Of a stretch of 64,000 bases of DNA, positions 26,343-42,919 are shown piece after piece. The notes under the pieces are model-generated. The model was not told the DNA's origin. It saw nothing but the letters and a program-made list of their open reading frames with translations, and did no database searches. Each line of letters opens with the position of its first letter. Positions within the stretch are counted from its first letter, which is position 1. The position numbers and the translations under genes are program-made. Source of the DNA: the human T2T-CHM13v2.0 reference genome, Homo sapiens; NCBI RefSeq assembly GCF_009914755.1, contig NC_060925.1. One strand, given 5' to 3'.

Positions 26343-26769
26343 CTAAAAACAAAGCAAGATCATTTATGGTCAGATTTCAGTTGTATTTTATGACAAACAT
26401 TTGTAAAATTATTAACATAACAAAAGCATATGATGCCAGGAAGCAACACTGGTTCAATTTAATAAGTGTTAATCCAACATCCACTGCACACTAGGCTCTG
26501 TGGTTATTGAGAAGAAATATAATGCCCCACCCTCAAGTGGAAGAGAAAGACAAGATTATGACCAACAATTTAAGTACTAAAGCTAAAGTATACAGAGGAT
26601 TATGAAAACTGCTCCTTGTCTGTTCAGCTAGGAGAAGGCTGAAAATATAGAGAAGCCTTTCTTTTAAAGACAGTGCCTGAACTGAGTCTTGAAAGATAAG
26701 GAAATGTTCGGGGAAAAGTGGGAAAGGTGTGGGGGTCACACTCAGGATGGCTCTCTGTAGGCATAAAGA

Positions 26770-27162
26770 CCAAGGCTTTGATAGAAGACCGCACAATCTA
26801 AACTAAATCTCGACTGGCTAATAGTTTAAAACTTTTCCAAATAGGTAAAAGTAATGGAAAGACAAAGGAAAAGAGGAAGTTGTTTATGCCAAATAGGGAA
26901 GGGGCATAGGCTGCAAGCTGGAACATGCCTGTGAGCACGTCCAGCACAAATATCTCAGTTAAGGTACAAGGACATAGAATGTACTACGTGCCTGTGAGCA
27001 TGTTTAACAGCTACACAGGATAGGGCCCAACAAAAAGTTATTAGCATAAAGTAAGGAGGCTTAAAGGAAGTTAGTTTTTAAAAGAAACTATTATTTCTAA
27101 CACTTATGATTTACTCTTTAACAAGAAGGGAAACTATGAAGAGGAACTTTTTACTTTCTACA
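26770..27162 (-). mobile_element. ERV1 LTR fragment, LTR10-like (probably LTR10C)
   Basis: Minus strand begins TGTAGAAAGTAAAAAGTTCCTCTTC; internal 63-nt duplication carries p53-like decamers; family assigned from recalled consensus. Confidence 0.7.
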
Positions 27163-28396
27163 TAGTGAAGGTGTAAGCTGCAGGATGAGCTCTGTAAATG
27201 TTAGCTGCCATGATGATGATTAAGCCAAAAATGTTTAATGTTAAGGATAATTTATGTTTGTTCTCCAAGTAGTTAGATAACCTTACTGCAACATTTGGTT
27301 CTATGTAACTAGACTATTTTCAAATCCTAAAGGGTAGCCCATGCAATGTTATGCTGAACCAAACATAAAAATAATTTTATTGAATGAAAAAAAAAAACAC
27401 AAGATAATATCAATCAATAAAAGAATCAAGCTTTTTAAAAAAGATAAAATTATTCTATTTGTCATTAGTAGTAAAACTGTATTTGTGTTCATTGCAAGAT
27501 AATCTTAAAAGCTACCAAGTTTTACAGGCAGAAGAGTTAATAAAAGTTCTTGCCTTGGTCCTAGAAAATAGTCACATATAAGGAATCTATAGGGTTATTA
27601 CTGTAAGATCAAAGAAAGCAGTAATTTATCAATTTTCAATAAAATCCTAGCATTTTACAAGGGAACCAAGGTCTGATCTGTATCAACATTTTCAATCTCA
27701 AATTATTTTTAAATAAAAGAAAGCAAAATATCTCTCCAGAAGCCCAATATATAAAACTGATAAGTATAATATAGTTTTTTTTTTTGAAGCTGGGGAAGGA
27801 AGCTTACTAGGTCTACCTCTGCATCTGCACAGTTCTCCTCCTGCAGTCCCTAAGATCTTTACAAAAGCCAAGGCCTCTGAAGAGAACAATCTGAAAATCA
27901 CTGATCTAATCCAACCCTCTTTATTGTACAAATGGGGATACTGAGGTCCAGAGATGAGAAGTAAACTCAGTTGACTTAATGGCAGAACCTGGACTAGAAC
28001 CCAGACTTCCTATCGATGTTCCTTTTTTTTTTTTTTTTAATAGTGTGATGGAATGGAATTATGGGCTTCAGAAATTGTCATCATTGTTATTTCAAAGCCC
28101 TTATTTTTCTATTGTGAATACCAAGGTTGGATTTGCTTAGCAAAGTCTTCCATTAGTTCTTTTTATACTTTTATAGATGAAAAATTTAAAAGTTGGAAAA
28201 CATATGAATCTTACTTTAAACTCAAATACTAACCAGAAAAAGCCATTTCACACACACAACATCAGTATACATCAATATAAATAACAGTATATAACATTAA
28301 CTGACAGTAAGTATTAAAATGCAAACAGTATAAAGACAAGGATTTCTGTTCATTTTTGTTCACTGCTGTGAACATGGAAACTTTCTGAGTTGGGGT

Positions 28397-28764
28397 GCCA
28401 CAGTTTGAATGTATGTGTCCCTCCAAAATTCGTATGTTGGAACTTCAACCCCCAGGTGATGGTATTAAGAAGTGGGACCTTTAGGAGGTAATTAGGGATT
28501 AGGCCTTGCAAAAGGGGTTGAGAGAACTAGCTACTTTTTGCCCTTCCATGTCGTCTGCCACATGAGGACACAGCGTTCAGCTCCATGTGAGAATACCGCT
28601 AAAAGGCATCATTTATGATGAACAAGCCCTCGCCAGACACCATATCTGCTGGTTCCTTGATCTTGAACTTCCCAACCTCCCAAACTGTGAGAAATAAATT
28701 TCTGTTGTTTATAAATTACCCATTCTAAGGTATTTTGACACAGCAGCAGGAAAGGAATAAAACA
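28397..28764 (+). mobile_element. MaLR solo LTR (MLT1A/MST-like)
   Basis: tgaatgtatgtgtccctccaaaattc...gaaataaatttctgttgtttataaattaccc...taaaaca. Confidence 0.85.
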
Positions 28765-29512
28765 TGGGGTGTAAATAGTTAATGTGCCAAACAAACAAGT
28801 AATTAGGAAATGCTTCAACAGTAGAGTTCCCAACAATTTCTGACAATTCATCTCTGGGGAAAAGATACTGTGACATTTTTACCCTCTGATTAAAATTAAA
28901 CCAGCAGCTAATGGGAAGAGAACACATTATAGCAAGAATCTACCATTTGGTCAAGATGCAACAGTGTATCTCAACTAAAGTCACTTTTAATATTAAAATC
29001 TGACTTAAGTATATCGTGTACAACAATGACCTAGCGTTTACTAGTAGCTGATGTATTCACTTCTAAGTGCCACACTCAAAATCACAAATTTGGCGCTACC
29101 ACATTCCGATAGTTATCTCTTTTTGCTAATACCAGTCAGAACAAAAGCAAGGCACATCTATTCTTGTGGTGCAACATTCACCACTCAAACACTTCATATG
29201 CCAGATATCACTAATTAATTATAGTAGTGTTTCCCATATGGTATAGATGCAGTGTCAGAATTCTTTAACACAGTGTTCCTGGATGCCACTAGTAAACAAG
29301 TAAGTAGGCATGCAACATAAAATTTATCTGCCATTTTTGTGCTATGATATAAATAGAACACAGTAAAGGCACAAAGGGCAAAATACAATTACCTGATTCT
29401 TATTGTGATGATAATATTCTAAGATTAAGAGTATAACAGCTGCCATGTGAAATAATTTAAAAACCTTTTTCCAATAAAACTTTGTTATAAAAAAGATTTT
29501 AAGAAAACTCAC

Positions 29513-29687
29513 CTTGTTGACTAAGTGACTGCTCAAAAACTGACTTATAAAGGCTCCGAAATGAGGCACTAAGATCTTCAAAATTATATTCTGAGAAAAG
29601 TAGTTGCTTGTCTCTTTCTGGAAGGTTGTACTGTGGTTGCTGCTGAGGAGTTAATGATTGAGAGACTGATTCTGGATGGCTTGTCAC
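29513..29687 (-). CDS. FOXJ3: FOXJ3 coding exon, VTSHPESV...[24 protein letters not shown](G)
   Basis: ttag|GTGACA...CAAG|gtgag; 175 nt, phase 0-1; ORF 29499-29687. Confidence 0.96.
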
Positions 29688-30439
29688 CTAACATTAAAAG
29701 AAAACACAACTAATTCAGCCTCTCTACTAATTACAATTGGCTTGTTATATAAAATATATAACTGAAAACAGTGTCAACATTGGAATTCAAAGAAAATAAC
29801 TCTTCTGTCTTAGGCTTTCCCATCCTCTGTTAAAGCATAATGGACAGAAAGCAAAACAGCTAAACTGAATCTTGAAGAACTGTAGAAGTCTAACCCAACC
29901 TCCATACTTCACAGAAGGAAAGAATTCAAAGAAGTTAGATAACTTGCCTCAGATCATACAAATAAGTGATGAGTTAGGCCTAGAATCCTTCTAGCCTTTC
30001 TGTAGAATCTTCAATCTTGATTTCTACATAAGGTATTTTATCTCAAACTCCACTAAGCCATAAAACTACTAACATTTCTTTCATTTATTCAATTAACTTT
30101 TTAGTATACAAACCCAAATACTGTGATTACTATGAGTCAGATGTATGGCTCTGCCCAAAGCAACAAGGAGCTTAAATATGCCTAACTCTTCATTTCCAGG
30201 GAAAACTTATCTTTAAAAGCAGGAAAACTAGAAATAAAATCAATAAAAGATAATCATCTGTATTTCTTAAAGACTACGTACTACATGAAAGGGTGGTAAA
30301 CTACCATTTGTTTAGTGTTTTGAAAAATTAAGGTATGAACATTGACTAGAAACTTACGCAGCCATTAAAAATAATGCTCATAAGGAGTCTGCAATAACGT
30401 GGAAAAATATGAATTTTTACATAGGAAAATGGCTCCGCC

Positions 30440-31007
30440 ACTGGCACCCTAGTGTCCTTACACATCTCCACACAAACCATATAGGCAAGGCTCCATGGCA
30501 GGATGACCTAAACCTTGGTGGAACACCCTGTGATTATCCTGGAACAAGTGGTTTTGAGGCGAAAATTCTCATCTGCCCTTATGTCTTGTAGGAGATGGCC
30601 ATGGGGCAGTTACTCATCTACCTTTCTATTTTGCCAGAGGTTGCCAAGAAACAGTTTCTCATCTACCTCCCTGGCTGAGTGAGGCATGGGACTTTCTGCC
30701 TTACTCCCTTAGGGTACAGCTGCAGGTTATAAAACTGCTTAGTTGCACTATGGAATTTGTTCCTCTATTACAGAGTGAGCTACTACTCGAGTAGTCTGTC
30801 ATTTGGTCCTCTGTTTTGGTACTGTCACGTGGGATGTAGGGAGCTGACACCATGCTAACCTGGTTTATACTGTCTGTATAAGTAATAAAATTATCTCAAT
30901 CCATGTGGGCTCATTGTGGCCTTACAGGATCAAACTATATAGATGTGATAAACCCAACCAGCAGCTGCCATTGCACTGTTGCTTAGGGACCGCTCGACCA
31001 TTTGACA
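30440..31007 (+). mobile_element. Old ERVL-type LTR (LTR40/41-like)
   Basis: TATA-like motif, AATAAA and terminal ...cttagggaccgctcgaccatttgaca; family tentative. Confidence 0.45.
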
Positions 31008-31032
31008 CCTTGTTGTTGAAAGAAAGTAGCAG

Positions 31033-31331
31033 GGCCGGGTGCAGTGGCTCAACGCCTATAATCCCAGCACTTTAAGAGGCCGAGGCGGGCGGATCACCTG
31101 AAGTCAGAAGTTCGAGACCAGCCTGGCCAACATGGTGAAACCCTGCCTCAATTAAAAATACAAAAATTAGCTATGTGTGGTGGCTCACGCCTGCAATCCC
31201 AGCAACTTGAGAGGCTGAGGCAAGAGAATCGCTTGAATCTGGGAGGCAGAGGTTGCCATAAGCTGAGAACACACCATTGCACTTCAGTCTGGGCGACAGA
31301 GAGAGACTCCATCTCAAAAACAACAAAAAAA
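31033..31331 (+). mobile_element. AluS
   Basis: Full dimer. Confidence 0.95.
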
Positions 31332-31843
31332 GCAGTCTACAAAGTCTAGCTTTAAACACGGCAGTTTAACCCTCTTACATTTATTGGCACAACGAACATG
31401 TTAGCTGTGTCTGTCATCTAGTTCTATACATGCTTCTTTAATTTGTCCTTTTATAATGTTTTGTGATACTGGACTGTGTGCTTTGCTTTCTTTTGGTCAA
31501 GATTTTTTACACTTAAATTACTTCAAAAAGCAACTTAAAATCATTATATCTTTGCTTAGTTTGCTTCAATGTTCCAACTGGTTGTTTTATAACTCCACTT
31601 TGTCATTATTATTTAATTTAATTAATCTTGATCACGGGTAAGTAATTTTTTTCAGGAAAGACACATGAAAACAAGGGCAGGATACTTTCTAATCTCTGCA
31701 TATCAAGGAACGTCTTTCTCTTGCCTTCACATATGAATTAAAATTTGGGCATAATATTTGTTATTCCAAACCCATTCCCTCAAAACTCTGCATACAATGC
31801 TCCATTATCTTCTGGCATTTAGTAGCATCAAAGAGAAGCCTGA

Positions 31844-31981
31844 GGCCAGGCATGGTGGCTCATGCCTGTAATCCTAGCACTTTGGGAAGTCAACAGGGCA
31901 GGAGAATTGCTTAAGCCAGGAGTTCGAGACCAGTTTGGCCCACTTAGCAAGATCTTGTGTCTAAAAAAAGAGAGAAAAAAA
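31844..31981 (+). mobile_element. FLAM / Alu monomer
   Basis: Single left-arm-like monomer with A tail. Confidence 0.85.
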
Positions 31982-32093
31982 GGGGGGGAGGTCTGATTTG
32001 TGTTTCTTTATATATAATTTACTCATTCTGTTAGAGTATTTTTATGGGTAACTACTTATGAAATTTTAAAATTTGCCATAATGTATCTAGATA

Positions 32094-32678
32094 CAGCAGT
32101 CCTTTGGTATCCACGAGGGACTGGTTACAGGAACCCCAACCCACTAGGACACCAAAATCTGCACATGCTCAAGTCCCTTATACAAAATGCTGTAATATTT
32201 GCATATAACCTATCCTCCCATACACTTTAAATCATCTCTAGATGATTAATACCTAATACAATGTAAACAGTTGTTAAACTATATTTTTTTCTTTAAAAAA
32301 AAAAAAGAAAGAAAGAAAGAAATAACAGTCTCGCTCTATCGCCCAGGCTGGAGTGGAGTGACGTGATTACTCCTGGGTTCAAGTGATCCTCCCTTCTCAG
32401 CCTCCTAAGGTGCATGCCACAATGCCTGGCTGTTTCATTTTTTTAAGACAGGGTCTCACTATGTTGGCCAGGCTGATATCAAACTCCTGGCCTCAAGCAA
32501 TCCTCTTGCCTCAGCCTCCCAAAGTACTGGGATTACAGGTATGAGCCACCTCATTCCAGCATGTATTTTTTATTGCTGTACCTTTTTTTTTTAATTGTTT
32601 TTTGTTGTTCAAATATTTTCAATCCAATGTTTGGTTAAGTCTGTGGATGTGGAACCTACAGATACGGAGGGCTGACTG
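32094..32678 (+). mobile_element. MER2 (TcMar-Tigger) DNA transposon interrupted by an antisense AluJ (~32325-32560)
   Basis: TIR-like ends cagcagtcctttggtatcc and gatacggagggctgactg; internal gctcaagtcccttatacaaaatg. Confidence 0.85.
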
Positions 32679-33724
32679 CATAGATTTTTTCCCCATTAAT
32701 TTCTTCTAGAACTCAGTAACCCTTTAAATCTCTATTTCTTCTGAAAACTGCTTCTATAACAACTTTTTCTTCTGCAGGGACAACTATAATTCTCAGTTCT
32801 CCACATTTATTGTCTTCTTTTACATAATTTTTATTCCATTTTCTTTCTTCTCCATTGTGGGATAATACTTTATTTTTTTTTACAGAGCAATAATAATTTT
32901 GCAGAGGCAACTTTTTCCCTACATTCAATGTGAATTTTAATTCTGCTACGTTTTTCTTTCCCGTGTGTTATTTTCTTTCGGGTCCCTCCCTTTATATCTT
33001 TGTCCCGTGTAAGTTTTTTCCTATTTACTCATCCTGGAACAACAGGGAGTGACCTGGTAAGATCAAATTTACACTGACAAACAATGTGGTGTGTAGCTCT
33101 TGGGCTCTATTATCTGCTCACTGAGGAAGACCAGTTGCCAGGTAGTTTGAAAAGAAATAACAGATAACCTAAGACTCATGTTCTTGTAATAGGTAACAAA
33201 TTAGCATAGGAGCAAGAATACATACACACAGGTCCCTTTATAGCATGGCTTTTCCCCCCGTGGATCCAAACTGAAAATACATGAGTAGTTAACAATTGAG
33301 TGTACCAGGCCACCCTAACCTCTGGGGTTTACAGAATTCCCTTCTCAGATCTACAGCTGGAAACCATGTTGACACACACATCTTCTAAGCTCTAAGAAGT
33401 ACAGAATATCACCAACTATTGCTCTACTAAACTAAAGTGCAATTTTTTTCCTGTTCCAATTGCTTTTCTCTTGGACACAGGACAGAATAAAGTAGACCAA
33501 AATCTGTTAACACTGCACAACCATTTTTTAAAAATCTAATATGGTACCAAATTAAAACACTAACAAGCTACAATCTCCTCTAATTTTGATCTACTTACTA
33601 AGTTAATAAATTTATTAGTGAGAAAAACATACCTTCATTTTTAAATTTGCATTTCAATTATGTTTGGTTTAGTTTTAAGTACTAAATGAATAACTATTAA
33701 CATGTTAACTTCATCAAGACTTAC

Positions 33725-33853
33725 CGGTGTATAACTATGCACACTTCCAACACTGTTCAAATTAACAGATGCCAAACTCTGGTCTGAGAGACTGTTGTTA
33801 AGGCTACTGCGTGGGCTATCACTACCATCCTGATCAGTGTTATACAATGTTAC
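33725..33853 (-). CDS. FOXJ3: FOXJ3 coding exon, [17 protein letters not shown]...VHSYTP
   Basis: ttttag|GTAACA...ACACCG|gtaag; 129 nt; overlaps ORF 33641-33847. Confidence 0.96.
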
Positions 33854-34566
33854 CTAAAATGAAAAAAGAAAAATGACAATTGAATATAAGGGTACTTCTT
33901 AAGCAACTCTGCAAAAATACAATTGAGCAGGCATATGGCAAGAAGAAAAAAATCTCAGTGGCCTTTCCCTAGGTGCTCACCCCAATTCCATGCCCCATAT
34001 GGCTAAGTTCGTGTTCATCATAAAATAATTTTCTCAATACTCAAACTAAAGGACATGTCTTTCAGAGGTATAGAAATTTAATTTATAGCATAATTTACCA
34101 GGTATAATTAGCCCATAAACATTTAACAAGAGAGGAATATAACAGATTTTTACTTTATTAAATATTTCTATAATGCATAAATTTTTGCTCAGGCTTTAAG
34201 CAAAATTACTGTCTATCAGAATTTTAGAAATCAAAACGAAGCACATAAAAAAAAAAAGATTTTTTTTTTAAAATCACAGGCATCACAGTATTTTTAATAC
34301 TGAAGATTGGAAACAACTGTTCAACACATTTATAAAATCATAATTATATGATCTAACTTTTAAAAAATAATATGCTAATATATGCATTAGATGTGAAAAA
34401 CTGTCAAACTGTTGTTAATGGTTATCTAGAAGGGGCTGAGGATTCCTGAAGACTTTTACATTTGTGTATATTTTTACAGTGCTTGAGTTTGTCTATAAGT
34501 ATTATAATTTTTAATTAGAAGCAAACAAACAAAAAAAGGTATTTTTGGAATAGAAAACTAGCCTAT

Positions 34567-34652
34567 TTGCAGTGAGCCAAGATCACGCCACTGCACTCCA
34601 GCCTGGTGACAGAGCGAGACTCTGTCTCAAAAAAAAAAAAAAAAAAAAAAAA
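34567..34652 (+). mobile_element. Alu 3' fragment with long poly(A)
   Basis: ttgcagtgagccaagatcacgccactgcactccagcc followed by A-run. Confidence 0.9.
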
Positions 34653-35007
34653 GGCAAATATAAAGGAAGAAAAAAATAATACATATTATCACGAATAGGA
34701 GTTTTGACCTCATGGACTCTCTACAAAGGTCTCAGTTACCCAGGCATCCAGAAACCACACTTTGAGAACCACTGATACACTGTATGACCAGCACTCTAGA
34801 AGCTCATGTACTCTCCCATTCATCATGCACGTAAGTCATTATCCATCCATATCTCCTGTCCCAGGTAACCACTTCTATCACTACTGATTGGTTTTCCTAT
34901 TTTTGAACTAAGTATAAATGGAATCACATAGTGTATATCCTTGTTACAAGGCCTTGTTTTCTATTGCATTAATATCTACTCTTTATATTTCCTTCTTTCC
35001 TTTTTAA

Positions 35008-35610
<603 letters not shown>

Positions 35611-37348
35611 TAATTTTTATAGTGTTCTGTGTAGAGTTCATCTTTCATTTAAGCCAAGGTATTTGATGTTTCTGAATGCTAACATAAGTGTTATCTTTTA
35701 AATTTTATTTTCAAACTATCTGTGGCTAGTAGGCAGAAATAAAATTGATTTCTGAAGAGAATTCACTAAATTCACTTATTAATTCTAAGGCTTTATCCGT
35801 AGATTCTTTTCAATTTTCTGTGATCATCTGTGGCAACTTTATTTCTGTCCTTCCAAACTTTATGCTTTTTATTTCTTGTTTGTAACTTCTAACTGGCAAG
35901 GACCTCCAACACGATGTCAAATAAAAGTGCTGATGGCAAACATCTTTCTCTTCTTCCATACCTCAAAGAGAAAGTTTTCAGTATTTCACCATTTAATATA
36001 GCATTTGCTATATGCTTCTTTGTAGATATTCTTTACCACACTGAAAAAATTTCCACCTATTTACAGCTAAGAGTTTTATTAAGTCATGACCTCTGAGTAT
36101 GCCTTTGTAATATTCCGTATAAAATGTGGAGTATACATGTAGCACTTCCAACTATGAACAGAAGAACAACAGCAGATTTCCTAGTGCTAGACCTAGCTTG
36201 CGTTTCTAGAATACAACTGTGTTTGTGATGTTATCTTTTTTATGTATTGCTGGGTTAAATTAGACAACATTTTGTTTAAGATTTTAATACCTATGCTCAT
36301 GAGACTGGCTGAAAATTTCCTTTCTTGTAAAGTTTTTGTCAGGTTTTGCTACTTAGGTTATGATGGTTTCATAATATAAATTGGGACATGTTACCTCTTT
36401 TTTAAAATTCTCCTGAAGTGTTTATATACAATCAATATTATTTTTTCACTAAATATTTATAAGAATTCCTTGAAGCTTGCTGGGCCTGAAGTCTTCTATA
36501 AAGAAATATTTTTTAATTATGGGTTTAATATATACAAAAGTATTAACATTTTCTATTTATTCTTGCGCCAGTTTTGATAAGTCATTTTTTATGATTTTGT
36601 CTATTTCATCTAAAATTTCAACTTTATTTACATAAGATGTTCATATCTATCCTTCATCTTTTTAATTCTGTAGAATCCATATAGCTCCTTTTTTCATTCC
36701 AGATATCAGCAAATTGTATTTCTCTTTCATTAACTTTAATAGCACCTTTCTGTTTTTTCATTTTTGAAAGCTTTTTATTGCTGTATTTCCAAATTTACTA
36801 ATCTTTCCTTCTGTTTAGTCTGTTATTAATCCCATCTAGTGTACTTTTCAATTCAGACACTGCAGTTTTTATCTCTAGGAGTTTGCTTTGGGTTTATATT
36901 CCATGTGTCTACACAGATTGTTTAATGTGTCTTTTAGCTTCTCCATAAAATATAGATAAAACTGCTTTAATGTCCTTTTCTAAGCTAATTCTATCATTTC
37001 TATCATTTCTGGGTCAGTTGTGACTTTTTCCTCACTATGGGTTGTTTACTGTAAAAAAAAAAAGTAAAGAACATTAGTGAGCTTTGGGGACAGTTTCAAG
37101 CAAACTAATAAACGTATAAGTTGCTGGTGGCAATCCGGATCTATGCAAAGGAATAAAGAATAGCAGAAATGGTTAACTATGTGGGTAAATGTAAAGCCAT
37201 TTTTTTTCTGATTTAAATCTCTTGAAATGATAATTGATTGTTTAAAGCAAAAATAACAAATACGTATTGTAGGTTTCTATCACAAGGAGAAAAAAATGGG
37301 AGTGTACAGTAATAAAGTTCTTATACATGATATAGTACAGTATCTTCA

Positions 37349-37478
37349 TATTTTTAGTATGAGATGGGTTTTTGCCATGTTGGCCAGGCTGGTCTTGAAT
37401 ACCTGGCCTCAAGTGATCCACCCACCTCAGCCTCCCAAAGTGCTGGTATTAAAGGGGTGAGCCACCACACCCAGTCCA
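37349..37478 (-). mobile_element. Alu left-arm fragment
   Basis: Antisense left monomer only. Confidence 0.88.
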
Positions 37479-38335
37479 AATATTGTATTTCTTTAAATGA
37501 GGTTGTTTGTTGTTTTGATTTGGTCTGCATATTCTATGAGTTACAGAAAGGCATGCTTAAATCTATTACCACGATCTTCTTTATTCCTTTTTCCTCTCCT
37601 CCTGCACACTAAAAACAACCTTGTGTGACCTTTTCCCCATGTCCCATTTACCTCTTAAGTTTTTCTGAATTTTCCACCCTTTTTTCTTTCTGTGCTTCCA
37701 TCTGCACGTTTTCTACAGACCTATCTTCCAGTTCATTAAATTTCTCTGCTGATGTGTCTGATCTGCTATTAAATCCATCTACTGGGTTTATTCAAGTTTC
37801 CTCTTGATTCTTCCATATAAATTCCAATTCTCTGGTAAATTTTCTATAACTCATCTATTTTCTTGACCATATCAGTTATAGTTATTTTGCAATCAATATT
37901 CAATCACTTGTTTACATTGTCTTCCCCCAACTGCATGTTTAGTTATTCGAACTCTCTCTCCTAGCATGCCTGGAAATTTTGACTGAATGCTGCACCCTAT
38001 ACTTATGGAAAATTACAGAAGCTCTGGATGATGTTATCTTCCTCCAAAGAGAATTCCATTTTCTTTCGGCAGATAGAATATTAGCATACCACTCTAGTAA
38101 CTGTTGAGGCTGATCTATTTTGGTTTGCTCTTACTCTCAGAACAAAATTTTTCTCAGATATCAAGTTGAAAGCCTAGGGTGTATTACCATGGCTCTCTCC
38201 TCCTTTGAAGACCATAAACTACAATATTTGTCCCTCCTATTCTGTGAGAGTGTTGAATTTTGGCTAGTGAAAAACTTTGTGTCTGAGCCCTAGCACACAC
38301 AATTAGGAGTTAGCAAATGCCTTAAGTGGATACTA

Positions 38336-38921
<586 letters not shown>

Positions 38922-40403
38922 TCAATCAAGGAGGTGGGTGGGGAGGGGTGTGTGGCTATGTATGTCTGGTATTTTACACAGATAGGCAGAAAGGTTAATC
39001 TAATACCAGTATTCTGTCATATCTGGATGCAGAAAACCAAAATCTTCAGCTCCTTTGACATCCACATTATTTGGTCATAAAGTCCCATCATTACTACTTC
39101 CTAATTGTTTCCTAGTAACCACACTATCATCTATGTTTAGGTCTTCATCACCACTTAGACTACAGCACAGAGCAGTATTAGGTATTTCTGATTCTAACCC
39201 AACCACTTCACCAGAAATTCTCACCTAGCTGGTCACCATTAGAGATCATTTTTTAAAGGACGTATTTCTGGGCCCTATTCATGACACAGTAACTGATTTG
39301 GTAGAATTGCAATGGAATCCTGGGATTACCACCACTACCACCACCCCCCACCCCCCAACTGCCCCATAAACCCTCTCTCTAAGTGACTGTGATGTAATTA
39401 TTCCAGAGACTGCCATGTGGGAAGAATCATTCCTCTATGCCTAGGCTACCAGTTTCCTTTCTGAACTAGAAATCTGAATATGTCACTCTGATTATAATCT
39501 GTCATCTGTTTAATCATTATCTTTCTACAAGTAAAAGGATCCTAGGAGTACCATATTAGTGCAATGATGTATGTGTATGTGTTCATATTTATGTGTGTGC
39601 ATGAAGTGGAAGAATGAAAATGAGAGAGAGGGAGAGAAAAAAAGAGGGTGAAAGCTAGAGGGAGAAAATGAAAACAAGACTGAAAGAGAATCTAAGCATA
39701 AGTGTGAGAGATATATGGCTCTGGAGTACTCATGGTCTAGTAGGGAAGAAAACAGATGAACAAAACTGGATTCATGAACCTCCCAGAGTCTTTTTAGGGT
39801 TTTGAGATGTAAGATTAAGAAACTGTCTTATAAAGAAGAGACAGATATATACCTGTATCCCACTAGGTATATAATGACCCATCACAAAGTTGTGACTCAA
39901 CCATCAAAATGTAGCAAACCACCATGTACTATTTCTGGCTATATTCCTAGACTTGAATATCATGAAAATAGGTAGACCACCATCCCAGTGAACTCTATGA
40001 GGCTGTCCAATTATTTATTTTACTAGATTCTGTTAACTCCCCAGAATTTGACAATCTTTTTTTCAACCACATATCTGGAGAGGTAATTAACAATTCTGAA
40101 ACAAATTGACTCAATAAAATGCTGGCTCACAAATTCTATCAATGGGAACTGTGAGAGCCAAGAATTTTTAAACAAGTATAGAACTTCTCGGTAAGGACCT
40201 TCCAATCTCTCCTGAGAGATATTTTGTTCTAATTTGTGCATACCTCAAAACATTCTGAATTTAGCCTTCAAGCTACCATGCATAGGGTAGACAAATTTAT
40301 ATAATCTTTAAACTGAACCATATAGGATTCTATCATTATTACAAAGGCAAATTAAATGTACTACTCAATGACATTTCAATAATGTTTAAAAAAATGAAAT
40401 TAC

Positions 40404-40505
40404 TTTGTTAGTCACAGTGTTGATTGCCAGAGTTGGAGAGGCACTTCCCGAAATAATACACTCCATTCCCAAAGAATCTGAATCTATGCTATATGGAGTT
40501 GAGGC
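40404..40505 (-). CDS. FOXJ3: FOXJ3 coding exon, [34 protein letters not shown] (102 nt, probable cassette exon)
   Basis: tttag|GCC...AACAAA|gtaatt; phase 0-0; matches recalled FOXJ3 protein. Confidence 0.93.
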
Positions 40506-40765
40506 CTAAAATACAAGAACAAAATAAATAATTATTAGCTCATATATCCAGCAACTTTAACACAGTTTGAAGGGATCTCATCAAATTCTTGAACATCCAG
40601 TTTTGTGCTTTGTTTCTGAAAATGAATTTAAATCACTAGTGAAATCTCTTCTACTAAATTTTAGTATGCTACTGACTTGATATTACAAAGTCCTTTGGTA
40701 TGGCTACTCTCTAACAACTCTTAATTTACTGCAGGATAGGCTGACAAAAATTACAAATAAACTTC

Positions 40766-42010
<1,245 letters not shown>

Positions 42011-42919
42011 CTCATATGTACTGTTTAGAGTTAACATGGGTGTTAAAAACAATACAGAAAGTTTTCTGCTATTAGAATTCTGAATATATACATTGTGATA
42101 ACTCCTCTCTCTAAGAAACGGTTTTTATTGCTTTATTGAGCCTTCAAAAGTTCAACTTCAATGGTAAATGTTAAAGAGGGGCAAACAGAAGTAATTTATG
42201 ATTATGATGCTAGCTACATATATATTCCCTCTCTGGCAAAAACTATTTGTCCCACACATGATCCTAATTGTACATGCATTTCTAAAAGATCATACCAGAT
42301 GAGCGAGAGAGCAATTTCACCAAGACACATTTTTGAAATTAATCTATCCTTTAATCCCTCAGCATTTTTCTCATTCCAGATAATCTAATCAACCTTCGGG
42401 CAGAGAATAGGGATCTTGATTGAAAAAGACCAGAGCTACCCCTACAAGCTAGAATCCAGCACTTAGGTCCCAGGTACACATTGAGAGCAAGGTGAAATAG
42501 AAGAGCTATAAAAATAACTCTTATTTATGCCTCAGTTTTGGTGCCAGCCAACCAAGCTATAATTAAGTTAACACAGAAGATTACTTTAGAAAGGTACAAA
42601 TCTCATATTCCCTTAATTCAACTCAGTCATCTCAGTCTGAACTATTGGTTCACTAATTCTCATTCTTCCCTTCTGGTAGGAAAAGGGAAACTTTTGTTAT
42701 CTGATTTCATGTAAATTACTCGAACTTTATGCTTGTTTTCTCATCTATAAAAAGATGATTATGCTACTTCCTTTAGAGATCTGTTAAGAACATCAACACA
42801 GTATTTCATGTAAAGCGCTTAGCATGGTAACTGAAACACACAGTAAGTGCTGGCCACTATGATGACCACTAGAATATATCTGCTACTGATGTCAAGGATC
42901 TGCTGATACAAAGAAATAC

